The notes: a model not told the origin generated them from the sequence alone. A stretch of DNA of 64,000 bases from Dehalococcoidia bacterium (GCA_965263165.1 OZ253584.1:1013785-1077784), one strand, 5' to 3'. Numbered from the stretch's first letter, positions 28,867-38,434 are shown. Numbers and translations: made by a program.

Positions 28867-30600
28867 CTAGGCGGAAGGGGAGCTTGATGCGGCCGCTTTC
28901 TTCTGAGGGCCGGCGAGGGCCTCTTGCACCTTGTCCTCGAAGAGTCCGTACACTTCCCGCGCCGCAACGGGCGTCACGTACCCATCCATGATGTCGCCCA
29001 TAACCCGGTCCCGGTCCCGCTCCTTGGGGTTTCCGACGCCGCCACCGCTGCCGGTCTTCATCCGGATCACCCCCCCCTTGCCCAGAGGGATGTTGGACAC
29101 GAGTTGCGAGTACCGTTGTTCGTCCTCAAGGCCGGGGTTGGTGGTGACAAGCCCCAGGGAGCCGTCGCCTCCGCCCGCCAATCCCTTCGGGGCAACGCGA
29201 TAGCGGATACCGCCGCCTGAAAAGCGGCTCTCGCTGAGGAGCAGGTATTCCCGCAGATAGGCGCAGCCTCCCCGGAATGTTCCTGGGCCTGAGGAGTCGG
29301 GCACGATTCTGAACTGTTGCATCAGCACGGGGAACTCGGTCTCCACGATTTCGACGCAGGTGATTTTGGGGCCGGAGTGGCCGTGGCCGCAGCCGGTCCA
29401 ACCGTCGCCGCCGCCATAGGCGCCGGTCCCGCCAGGCATCAGTTCGTAGTGGACGATGGGCCGGCCCGTGGGCCCGTAACTGCCCATCGTGAACAGGCCC
29501 CCGACGCCGTGGTTGGCGCGCGCGGGTCGTCCCGAAGCCTTGGAAAGGGCAACGATGACCATGTCCGTGACGACGGGGAGGACGCTGGAGTAGAAGCTCA
29601 CCGGCGCCGGATAGATGGGGTCGAGCACGCTTCCCGGCCGGAATTTGTAATCAATGACGCGGGTGACGCCGTGGTTGTTCGGAGGAGGGTCCTCCATCAT
29701 GGCGACGATCGCGTACAGGCAGGTCCCCCGAATAATGGGCGGACGGACGTTGAGGGGTCCCCGGTTCTGGTCCGCCGTTTCCGAGAAGTCCAAGAGCAGG
29801 TCAGAGCCTTTCTTGGTGATCTTGACGTGTAGCCGCACCGGCGTATCCAGGTCCACCAAGTCGTTGTCCAGGAAGGATTCAGCTTCGTAGATGCCGTCCT
29901 CCCACTTGGAGATTTCGGCCCGCAGATGCCGTTCCGTCTGCCTTCCGACCTCTTCAAAGACCTCCAGCACCGCGTCCTTGCCGTGCTTGTCCATGATCTC
30001 GGTCACGCGCCGAGCGCCAACGCTCCACATTGGGCCGGCTTGGGCGTTGTAATCGCCGAGGAGAAGTTCAGGCGTGCGGCTGTTGGCCCAGATGAGATTC
30101 TCGGTCTCCTTGATCACCTTGTGGCGGCTCATGTACTTGACCGGGGGGACCTGCATGCCCTCACCGAAGAGGTCGCGGGCGTTGGCGGCCCTGCTTCCCG
30201 GCGAAAGGCCGCCGATGTCGCCTTTGTGCGTGATGCCGATGCCGAAGGCGACGAGGTCGCCCTGATAGTGGATTGGTACAATGGCGGCGCTGTCGAGGCT
30301 GTGGGCGCAGCCGGACTCGTAGGGGTGGTTGACGAAGAAGCAGTCCCCCTCTTCGATCTCGTTCTCGGGGTAGTACCGGTAGAGTCCCTTGATGCATTCC
30401 GGATAGGAGCCGAGGTGGATGGGGATGCCGGCGAACTGAGCGACCACGCGCCCCTCTCTGTCGACGAGGCCGCAGGAAAGGTCGTGGGTCTCGCGGATGA
30501 GGGTGGAGTAGCCGGTGCGGAAGGTGTCGATCTGCATTTCCCGGACGATGCCGTCCAACCGGGAGCGAATGACCTCGAAGATGATGGGATCAACAGGCAT
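28867..30600 (-). CDS. Hydantoinase B/oxoprolinase family subunit (tandem paralog 1)
   Basis: Same motifs as 27097-28842; N-terminus MPVDPIIFEVIRSRLDG nearly identical. Confidence 0.92.
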   Translation of the reverse strand: MPVDPIIFEVIRSRLDGIVREMQIDTFRTGYSTLIRETHDLSCGLVDREGRVVAQFAGIPIHLGSYPECIKGLYRYYPENEIEEGDCFFVNHPYESGCAHSLDSAAIVPIHYQGDLVAFGIGITHKGDIGGLSPGSRAANARDLFGEGMQVPPVKYMSRHKVIKETENLIWANSRTPELLLGDYNAQAGPMWSVGARRVTEIMDKHGKDAVLEVFEEVGRQTERHLRAEISKWEDGIYEAESFLDNDLVDLDTPVRLHVKITKKGSDLLLDFSETADQNRGPLNVRPPIIRGTCLYAIVAMMEDPPPNNHGVTRVIDYKFRPGSVLDPIYPAPVSFYSSVLPVVTDMVIVALSKASGRPARANHGVGGLFTMGSYGPTGRPIVHYELMPGGTGAYGGGDGWTGCGHGHSGPKITCVEIVETEFPVLMQQFRIVPDSSGPGTFRGGCAYLREYLLLSESRFSGGGIRYRVAPKGLAGGGDGSLGLVTTNPGLEDEQRYSQLVSNIPLGKGGVIRMKTGSGGGVGNPKERDRDRVMGDIMDGYVTPVAAREVYGLFEDKVQEALAGPQKKAAASSSPSA

Positions 30601-30709
30601 AAGGCCTCCTGTCCGCAAGGCGTCCCTACAGCGCCATTCCGTCTTGCCCGCAGGGTACACAATGCAACCTGGGAAATCCACTTTGGCCCCGGCTCAGGCG
30701 TGGATCAGG

Positions 30710-30739
30710 TTGCGGGCGAGGCCGCCCCGTTGGTAGAAT
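30710..30739 (+). promoter_or_regulatory. Probable sigma70 promoter of tRNA-Ala
   Basis: TTGCGG (30710-30715), 18-nt spacer, extended -10 TGg-TAGAAT (30731-30739), 13 nt before the tRNA. Confidence 0.55.
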
Positions 30740-30752
30740 AGGATGCTTGCGT

Positions 30753-30828
30753 GGGGCTGTAGCTCATCTGGGAGAGCGCCTCAATGGCATTGAGGAGGCA
30801 GAGGGTTCGAGTCCCTCCAGCTCCACCA
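30753..30828 (+). tRNA. tRNA-Ala (anticodon GGC)
   Basis: GGGGCTG acceptor, D arm AGCTCATCTGGGAGAGC, anticodon arm CCTCA-ATGGCAT-TGAGG, T loop GGTTCGAGTCC, 3' CTCCACCA; 76 nt. Confidence 0.97.
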
Positions 30829-30829
30829 C
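30814..30829 (+). repeat. att core in the tRNA-Ala 3' end (left island junction)
   Basis: CCTCCAGCTCCACCAC, identical to 51523-51538. Confidence 0.85.
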
Positions 30830-30985
30830 CCACCACTCCGCAGCCGTCCTGTACTGTCCCATATGCCCCCTGTTTTGTAGCTGTGAGACGCTGATTGGCG
30901 CCGTATCGCTCCGCATGTATCCCCCCGGTTCCCGCATCAAGTGTGGTAATATTCGTGGGAATCTATCACCACGGAGGGGGTTCCC

Positions 30986-32134
30986 ATGGCGCTGTCAGCG
31001 ACGCGGGCCAAGGCCCTCAAAGACCCTGGCCGATACTCGGATGGCGGAGGCTTGCACCTCTACATCAGCAAGGCGGGACGGAAGTCCTGGGTCCAGCGCA
31101 TCACCATCGATGGACGCCGCCGCGACATCGGCCTCGGCGGATTTCCGTCTGTCAGTCTGGCGCAAGCCCGCGAGAAGGCGGCGGACAACCGGGCCGCCAT
31201 TGCGGAGGGCCGCGATCCTCTGTCGGAAAAGCGCTCGCCTGCGATGCCGACATTCAGGGAAGCCGTCCGCGCCGTCCATGCGGCGAACAAACCCCGTTGG
31301 CGCAACGGCAAACACGTCGCAAGCTGGATGCAGACCCTGGAGCGTCACGCCATGCCGACGCTGGGCAACACGCCCCTGGGCCGGATAGACGGCGGCGCTG
31401 TGCTGCAGGTACTCACCCCGATATGGACGACCCGTCCCGAGACAGCCCGTCGGGTGCGTCAACGGATGAGGACCGTCTTTCGCTGGGCCATGGCGCATGG
31501 CTTCATGGACGCCAACCCGGCGGGAGAAGCCATCGACGGCGCGTTGCCCCGGATGCCGAAGGTGAAAACACACCTCAGAGCGCTGCCCTATCAGGAAGCC
31601 GGGGCGGCGCTGGAAACCGTCGAATCGTCCCAAGCCTCGGTTTCCGCCAAGCTGTGCTTCCGGTTCCTGGTGCTCACGGCGGCCCGCTCCGGCGAGGCGA
31701 GGGGCGCCGCCTGGGACGAGATCGATGTGCAGGGCCAGGAATGGCGGATATCGTCCCAGCGGATGAAAGCAGGCATGGAGCATCGCGTGCCCCTGAGCCG
31801 ACAGGCGTTGGATCTCCTTCGCGAGGCATCCGCGTTGCGTGATGACACGGGTCTGGTGTTCCCGTCGCCGCTGAAGCCGGGTTCGCCGATGTCCGACATG
31901 ACGCTGACGAAGGTGCTCCGGTCGGTAGGCTTGGCGGAGCGAGCGACCGGCCACGGGTTTCGCAGCAGCTTCAAGAACTGGACGCTGGAGCAAACGGATA
32001 CGCCGTGGGCGGTCTCGGAGGCGGCGCTTGCCCACCTCCTGGGCAATGCGACCGAACAGGCCTACGCCAGGTCCGACCTCTTCGAGCGACGCCGCGCCCT
32101 GATGCAGCTGTGGGCGGACTACCTGACCGGCTAA
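30986..32134 (+). CDS. Tyrosine recombinase/integrase (P4-like, with arm-binding domain)
   Basis: YSDGGGLHL...GRRRDIGLGGFPSVSLAQAR arm domain; catalytic R (AARSGE), HGFR, H (LAH) and Y (EQAYAR) all present. Confidence 0.96.
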   Translation: MALSATRAKALKDPGRYSDGGGLHLYISKAGRKSWVQRITIDGRRRDIGLGGFPSVSLAQAREKAADNRAAIAEGRDPLSEKRSPAMPTFREAVRAVHAANKPRWRNGKHVASWMQTLERHAMPTLGNTPLGRIDGGAVLQVLTPIWTTRPETARRVRQRMRTVFRWAMAHGFMDANPAGEAIDGALPRMPKVKTHLRALPYQEAGAALETVESSQASVSAKLCFRFLVLTAARSGEARGAAWDEIDVQGQEWRISSQRMKAGMEHRVPLSRQALDLLREASALRDDTGLVFPSPLKPGSPMSDMTLTKVLRSVGLAERATGHGFRSSFKNWTLEQTDTPWAVSEAALAHLLGNATEQAYARSDLFERRRALMQLWADYLTG

Positions 32135-32276
32135 CCTCAGGGGAAGCCGCCACACCCAATGGGATCGGCCAAGCTAGCTCCCTGCCGTCGGCCGAGACTC
32201 CACCCAAGGTATCACCGCGGAGGACGTTATCGCCCGGCGCGGAATCAACGCAACGCTCAGGGGCAAATCGGCAACC

Positions 32277-32444
32277 GTGGCCGATTTGCCCGGCGAGTCA
32301 GACGCGCCGAATGTGTCCGACCTGCAGCGCGAGCTGGCGGAGGCGGAGGAGGCGATCAAGGGCGCCAAGGATGGGTGCTACGACGCCCTGAACCGGCGCC
32401 AGCGGGTGCTGCGCGCCCTAGCGAGGGCGAACAGGGGCAACTGA
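32277..32444 (+). CDS. Small hypothetical coiled-coil protein (55 aa)
   Basis: Hand translation from GTG: MADLPGESDAPNVSDLQRELAEAEEAIKGAKDGCYDALNRRQRVLRALARANRGN. The start lies in the loop of a 12-bp hairpin (32261-32291). Confidence 0.35.
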   Translation: MADLPGESDAPNVSDLQRELAEAEEAIKGAKDGCYDALNRRQRVLRALARANRGN

Positions 32445-32477
32445 TTCGGGTGGGTGGAGCTGCACGCCTTCACGCCA

Positions 32478-33029
32478 CTACCCCCCAGCCCTAGCTGTGT
32501 CGCTGGGGCTGCCGCTCCTCTTTCGCTTGGCCGCTTTGGGCTTGGGCGGGTACAGCTTGCGCTGACGGCGATAGTGGCGCGCTACGGCCTCCCGGACGTT
32601 GGCGCGGCGATTGTCCGCTGCACACTCCGGCTTGCACGTCTTCACGTTGGGCCACCGCTTGATGCGCTTGGGGTCGATCTTGTTGTCGCAGATCCGACAC
32701 AGGCGGTTGAGAAGGTTCGCCTTCTTCCTGGCCTCTTCCGCCCTCTCTCGCTTGCGGCGCTCCTCCCACTGGACCTTATGGTCCCACCGACAGTAGTTCC
32801 CGAAGAGGCTGTTGACGGTGTCGTTGTAGGTGCTGATGACCGCCCCTCGCTCATACGCGAGCTTCATCCAGGTCGGCATCTTCTGACCACACGCCTTGCA
32901 ACGCTTGTCCATGCGCACGTACTGGTTCCAGCACCGGCCGCTGTGCACCCTCAGAGCGACCTCCATCGCTTGTCCTGGACCATCTTTGTGACACACTCGG
33001 CAGTAGAAATTGTTGGTGGCTGCTGGCAT
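32478..33029 (-). CDS. Basic multi-Cys protein with a C-terminal DksA/TraR-like C4 zinc finger
   Basis: CRVC, CKAC, then CRICDNKIDPKRIKRWPNVKTCKPEC; RBS GGGAGG; Arg/Lys-rich tail. Confidence 0.6.
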   Translation of the reverse strand: MPAATNNFYCRVCHKDGPGQAMEVALRVHSGRCWNQYVRMDKRCKACGQKMPTWMKLAYERGAVISTYNDTVNSLFGNYCRWDHKVQWEERRKRERAEEARKKANLLNRLCRICDNKIDPKRIKRWPNVKTCKPECAADNRRANVREAVARHYRRQRKLYPPKPKAAKRKRSGSPSDTARAGG

Positions 33030-33365
33030 GGCGCGATGTCCTCCCTTGCCTAAGCCTATGTCGTGCCTATTTGTATCATCACCATCACCCATCCACGGCG
33101 CAACTGCCTAATACCAGTATCATCATCATCATCATACCTATTCGGCGGGGCCGGCGCACCCTTTCTACGTAGTGGTAGTACTAATACGAAAGCTGCGAGA
33201 CCCCCCATTAACCCCGCATATTATATAAGAGGGAATCCAAGTTAGCAGCGAAACCATCTCTACATCGACCACGCGGGCGAGCTCCGGTATCATGGGGTGA
33301 CTCCGGCTGGGCATCACGGGGTGCACCCCCACGATCTCCGGCTCTCCACCCCTGGGGTGGCCACC

Positions 33366-33755
33366 ATGCCGAACACCGTTGAGGCTCAGAGAAAGAGGCG
33401 ACTACAACGACGGCGCTGTGGCGGGTGCGGGGGACAGGCTGAGAAGATGCGGCCGTGGGGCGCCATCGAGATTCCGATCTGTGCCGGCTGTGATGCGCTC
33501 CTGCGGACCAGGGCGGATGATGGTGGCCACCAAGTCGTCGCCGTCGCTGCAGGACCTCAGCTCCTCGGTGGTGGTGGCCAGCTCGCACCGGCCGCCGTCC
33601 TCGAGGACGTCTAGGAGCACGTCGAGGCGACGGGCGACGTTGATGCCCTTGGGGAGCCCCCGACCGCGCCGGCACTGACGTCCGAGGACTTGGAGCGCCG
33701 CCGCGAGGACCCGGAGTACGACAACTGGTTGCGGCCCAGGGTCTCTGAGGCTTGA
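33366..33755 (+). pseudogene. Small CxxC-CxxC protein with an in-frame TAG at 33612-33614
   Basis: MPNTVEAQRKRRLQRRRCGGCGG...ICAGCDALL...VLEDV*EHVEATGD...DPEYDNWLRPRVSEA*. Confidence 0.35.
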
Positions 33756-34176
33756 GGACGTCGCCGGCGACGTGGTAGGCCCTGAGCGGCCGCCGCAGGC
33801 CGTGGCCAAGCCCCTCCACGCCTAGCGAGCCCCCGCGGGCCCTCGACCATGCCCTTCATAGCGCCACGTGGAGCCCGTCTTTGAGGTCTGGCCATACTGA
33901 GGGTCGGGGAAGATGAAACGGGCGACCCTGGCCAGCGCCCCCGCAGTCAGAGTAGGCTCTGGCCAACCCCGCGACCGGCGCTGAGGCCCTACCCCACGTC
34001 GCCGGCCCGCGCGAACTGAGGCCCTGGACGGCCGAGCGAAGGCGCCGCCGATTACTGCCTCGGCCTCAGTTAGGTCTCCCTGCCAGCGCCGCCTTCATGG
34101 CCAGGGTGGCCTTGCCGCTGCCGTACTCCCCGATGATGAGCGGCTGGTCCCACATCGACCCTCCCCCCAACCCCCT

Positions 34177-35460
34177 TGTAAAGACCGGAGACATAGTTTA
34201 CGGGTGTTCGGGGACATGATTTACACATCGGGGAGTCGCCTGACTTCCAGGTTCGGCCCGCGTAAGTCCACCTCTGCAATGGGGTGAGTCATGAACCAGA
34301 CTCCCCATACTCCGTCTGATGCTGTTGGCCGCAGGGCGACCGGGCATCCCCGCAGCGCTCGCCCCACCTTGAACTCACGGCCCTTGAAGCTCACCCACCC
34401 TTCCGCCATCACCTTCCGGACCAGGTCTCCCTCTCCGTATTCGATCGGCGGGAGGGTCTCAGGGAAGCTCCGCGGGCTCGGCGCATAACGACTGACCGGC
34501 GTCGCTAGGTCCAGCGCCTGATGGGGACGCTCCGTGTTGTACACGCCGCGCCACCGGTCGAACGCCTCCTGGCACGACAGGAGGTCGGCGAAATGCCTGC
34601 CCTGCAGCACCTCCGCCTTCAGTGTCCGGTGGAAGCGCTCCCCCTTGCCTTGCGTTTGCGGGTGATACGGACGCCCGTGGCTCACCCGGACGCCGAGACG
34701 CATGAGCCAGACGGTCAGCGGCGTACGTGGGTGCTCTGCGTCGTTGCCCCACGGGGAGCCGTTGTCCATGAGCATCCGCTCAGGCAGGCCGTAGACGCGG
34801 AAGATAGCGCTCAGGCGTTCCTGCACCGTCTCGGTGCGCTCGTTGGCGCATGCCTGCAGGCCCAAGGCGAAGCGGGAGTGATCGTCCAGGACGGTCAAGG
34901 GGTGACACCGGCCGGCCCCGGTGGGGAAGTGGCCCTTGAAGTCCATCTGCCAAAGGTCGTTGGGCTGGGCGTGCTCGAACCGTTGCCAGTGGTGTGGGGC
35001 CCGCTCTCCTGTGGCGAGCCGGTTGTTCCGGCGCAGGATGGCCGTGATGGTGCTGGGGCTGGGCAAATAGCCGTAACCGCTGTTGTGCAAGACCCTCCGT
35101 ATCGTGCGGCCTCCCCAGGTGGGGTGCTCCTCGCGTACCCTTAGGACAGCCAGCTCCAACTCGACCGGCGTCTGGTTCGGTGAGGGGTGCGGGCGGCGGG
35201 AGCGCTTGGCGAGGCCGGCTTCCCCCTCCTGCGCGTAGCGGTCGAGCAGTTGATAGGCGGTCGGGGGCGAGACCCCGTAGCGCCGGCACAGCTCCCGGAC
35301 GTTTGCTCCCTCTCGCAGCGCGAGTGCGACGAACTCATGCTTCAGGGACATCGCTGAGGACTCCTTCCAGGGTATGGCGCACCTCCTGCCGACCGGTTGG
35401 CGGACACAAGGTGTAAATCATGTCCCCGAACAGGTGTATAGGATGTCCCCGGTCTATACA
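34177..35460 (-). mobile_element. IS481-family insertion sequence, intact, 1284 bp
   Basis: TGT...ACA ends; IRs TGTAAAGACCGGAGACAT and TGTATAGACCGGGGACAT; exact inner 21-bp IR (34206-34226 and 35411-35431); 6-bp target duplication CCCCCT (34171-34176, 35461-35466). Confidence 0.93.
34221..35351 (-). CDS. IS481-family transposase
   Basis: N-terminal HTH (ELCRRYGVS), WQMDFKGHF, LDDHSR, MDNG, GKGERFHRTLK, YNTERPHQAL. Confidence 0.95.
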   Translation of the reverse strand: MSLKHEFVALALREGANVRELCRRYGVSPPTAYQLLDRYAQEGEAGLAKRSRRPHPSPNQTPVELELAVLRVREEHPTWGGRTIRRVLHNSGYGYLPSPSTITAILRRNNRLATGERAPHHWQRFEHAQPNDLWQMDFKGHFPTGAGRCHPLTVLDDHSRFALGLQACANERTETVQERLSAIFRVYGLPERMLMDNGSPWGNDAEHPRTPLTVWLMRLGVRVSHGRPYHPQTQGKGERFHRTLKAEVLQGRHFADLLSCQEAFDRWRGVYNTERPHQALDLATPVSRYAPSPRSFPETLPPIEYGEGDLVRKVMAEGWVSFKGREFKVGRALRGCPVALRPTASDGVWGVWFMTHPIAEVDLRGPNLEVRRLPDV

Positions 35461-35524
35461 CCCCCTGTAAGGGGATGGTTTGGCCGGCTATTTCCGATTC
35501 CCTCTTATTCCGATTCCCTCTTAT

Positions 35525-37253
35525 CCCACATTTCCCATATCAACCCTGCATGGCGTGCCGTAATCAGCAACAGAACTACCGATGTAGCCGGATAGCAGAG
35601 CACAGTGGTTATCATGAGTGCTAGACTGGTCGTGTTCGACTACTTTAGCTCTTGATAACGTACCCACTCTGGAGGCACCCAATGGGTGAAAGCACAAACC
35701 CCCGCACCACGCTCCGTTTCGACCGCCGTATACGGTTGGAGTTCACGGCGCTACCATCACCTCGGACGCCGGGCTGCTGGCCTGCCGCGAGTTGGATGAT
35801 GCACTGGGACTGACGGAGACGGCGGATGAATGTCTGCAGGAGAGTCGGGGCGGTCGTAACGTGCAGCACTGATTGGTGGGTCTTCTCAGGCAGTCGGTGT
35901 ACAGTCGTCTGGCAGGCTACGAGGATACCAACGATGCTGAACGGTTGGCCGACGATCCGACGATGCGGATAGTCGTTGGAGACCGAGGCATAGACAGACC
36001 AGCGGCCAGCACCAACACCATGAGCCGGTTCGAGACCGAGGTGCTCACCCAAGACGGCAACGTGGAGGGGTTGGGCCGACTGAACGCTAAGTCGGTGGAT
36101 GGAGCTATGTCCCGCACGCCGCACCGGCGGGTGATCTTGGACATGGACAGTTCGGAGAGTCCGGTACATGGAGAACAGGAGGGAGCATCGTACAACGGTC
36201 ACTTTGGGAGCACGTGCTATCACCCTTTGTTCGTGTTCAACCAGTTCGGGGACTGCGAGGGGGCGATGCTCCGTGCGGGGAACGTACATAGCGCGCACAG
36301 GTGGCGTGATGTATTGGATCCGATCCTGTCCCGCTACGGGGCGACAGGAGTGCGACGGTACTTTCGCGCCGACGCCGCATTCGCTATATGAGTACCTGGA
36401 GGAGCGGCGTGTCTTCTACGCCATACGGCTGCCGAGCAACAAAGTGCTACAATACGAGATCGCTCCACTGCTGATACGACCTGTGGGGAGGCCGCCGAAG
36501 CGTCCAGTGATCCTATACGACGACTTTTGGTATCGTGCCGGGAGTTGAGACCGCGCTCGACGTGTGGTGGCCAAGGTGGAGTGGCATAGGGGAGAGCTGT
36601 TCCCTCGGGTGGGCTTCATCGTCACGAACATGACGGCTGGCCCCGAAGGAGTGGTGCGATTCTACAATGGTCGCGGGACGGCCGAGCAGTGGATCAAAGA
36701 GGGGAAGTACGCGCTGAACTGGACTCGGCTGTCGTGCCATCGGTTCGTGGCCAACCGGGTGAGACTGTCTCTGTTCGTCTTGGCGTACAACCTTGGGAAC
36801 TTCCTTCGCTGATTATGCCTGCCCAAGGCGGTCAGGCACTGGTCGCTGCGGAGCGTGCAGGTCAAGCTGATCAAGATGGGAGGCCGTTTGGTGCGACACT
36901 CCCGGCGATTGATCTTTCAGTTGTCCGAGGTGTCGGTTCCTCAACAGTTGTTCCAGGGAGTGTCGGATCGCATCGGCCAGTTATCGCCGGCGCCAAGTTG
37001 AGGGAGGGCACAACCACGATCTTGCCAAGAGGAGAGCGCTCCAGGGAGTCGGCTTGTCTTCAATGCGCTTTCACCCCACTGGCAGGGGACACGAAGACGA
37101 TGAAGACGGACAAGAAGCATGGTTCACGGCGAGAATCGCATCCCTTATCGGATAGATCGGAGATTGAGTGGCCTTGCAGGACCTGACTATGATGCTACCA
37201 TCTCGTTTGGGCTGCCCCTTGAGCCTGAAGACTCCCAATATGGGGAATCCCGG
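35525..37253 (+). mobile_element. IS1380-family element, decayed
   Basis: Imperfect 16-bp IRs CCCACATTTCCCATAT (35525-35540) and CCGGGATTCCCCATAT (37238-37253, reverse complement); ~1.7 kb; no clear target duplication. Confidence 0.75.
35682..37001 (+). pseudogene. IS1380 transposase pseudogene
   Basis: ITSDAGLLA, RLAGYEDTNDA, ILDMDS, RADAAF, YNGRGTAEQWIKEGK spread over three frames; frameshifts near 35745 and 36385; in-frame TGA near 36547. Confidence 0.9.
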
Positions 37254-37294
37254 TTTACACTCCCAGCCGACATCAATCTCGAGGGAGATGAAGA

Positions 37295-37660
37295 GTGCGA
37301 GTAGCGACGTTAATTTTAGGGCTCTTCGCCTCGCTTGGCGTATTCGCACAGTCTTGCGCTGTAGGGTTCACTAGCTCTATTGGAGAATCTTTTGGCGACT
37401 AGGAGATGACGGCTTCCGCAGAAAGTCTATCTGCCGGTGCGGGCAGCGGCTACCTCGCTGGCATACTTGGACTGATTGCGTCTGGAGTAGCTTTTCAGCG
37501 ACCTCGTGCTGGGGCCGTCCTGTTTGGTGCCGCTGCTGCTATTGCAATTTTCTCTGGCGTAGGGTCGGCTTTCGGAGACCTAGTCGCCTGGGGTTTTCTG
37601 TTCGCTATTTGTTCTCTGCTTAGCTTCCTAAGCAAGCATCGAAGTACGCCCACACCCTGA
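37295..37660 (+). pseudogene. Small multi-TM membrane protein with an in-frame TAG at 37400-37402
   Basis: From GTG: MRVATLILGLFASLGVFAQSCAVG...GESFGD*EMTASAES...GYLAGILGLIASG...; hydrophobic on both sides of the stop. Confidence 0.5.
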
Positions 37661-37675
37661 GAGTACGTGGAAATA

Positions 37676-38353
37676 ATGCGATATCAAATAAAAACGTCTA
37701 CTGCCTTCCTGTCCCTCGCTATACTTGGCCTGATTGTGGCGGCTTGCAGCACTCCTGATCCTACAGCCGGCCCAACCTCTACGCCTACTCCCGCTCCCAC
37801 GTGGACGCCTACTCCTACCCCTACTCCGGCTCCCACGTGGACGCCCACTCCTGGCCCAACCGCTACTCCCATTCCGACTGCTACTCCCACCTCTATTCCG
37901 TTGGGACGCCAGGACAATCCGATACCTCTAGGCGAACCTGCTCTTGTGGAATTCGAGAGCATCCTAAGTGACAGCAACCTATGGCGAATTACCGTCAACA
38001 GCATCAATCCGGATGCATATGAAGCTCTACGGCCCCCATACATGCGAAATGCTCTGCCTACTGGTTATCAAGCAGTTCTCGTGGATATTACCGCACTAAA
38101 TGCAGGATCTACGCCCGCAAGACTCGGGGCATCTAGTTTCAAGTCGATAGGCGATGTTGGGTTGAGAGTCTATGGCGGCTATGACGCTGCGTGTGGCTTC
38201 GGCATTGAAGGACTCTTGCCTGACGCTGAGATCTTCCCCGGTGGGCAGATTACCGGTGGAGCTTGCTGGATAGTCCGCTCAGATGATGTCGCCTCGTTGA
38301 AAATGTTCGCTGAGGCAGGGGGCCGGGTTTGGTTCTCTTTGCATCGAGAGTGA
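37676..38353 (+). CDS. Lipoprotein with Pro/Thr stalk and a globular (possibly DUF4352-like) head
   Basis: Lipobox [16 protein letters not shown] repeats, head ...FPGGQITGGACWIV. Confidence 0.75.
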   Translation: MRYQIKTSTAFLSLAILGLIVAACSTPDPTAGPTSTPTPAPTWTPTPTPTPAPTWTPTPGPTATPIPTATPTSIPLGRQDNPIPLGEPALVEFESILSDSNLWRITVNSINPDAYEALRPPYMRNALPTGYQAVLVDITALNAGSTPARLGASSFKSIGDVGLRVYGGYDAACGFGIEGLLPDAEIFPGGQITGGACWIVRSDDVASLKMFAEAGGRVWFSLHRE

Positions 38354-38434
38354 CGAACCGAATTGAGAACTCACAGCGTCGACGGGCAATAAGCTCTCGG
38401 AGGCCAAGCGTCTTGCAGAAGGTGCGAAAAGTTA

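Noticed and set aside
9094-30741. Many long plus-strand ORFs (e.g. 9685-10956, 11767-13263, 20579-21745, 25791-26873)
   Set aside because: They are antisense shadows of well-supported minus-strand genes in high-GC DNA and have no family motifs.
34014-34071. 10-bp inverted repeat AACTGAGGCC/GGCCTCAGTT
   Set aside because: Short stem with a 38-nt interior and no U tract; could be chance in GC-rich DNA.
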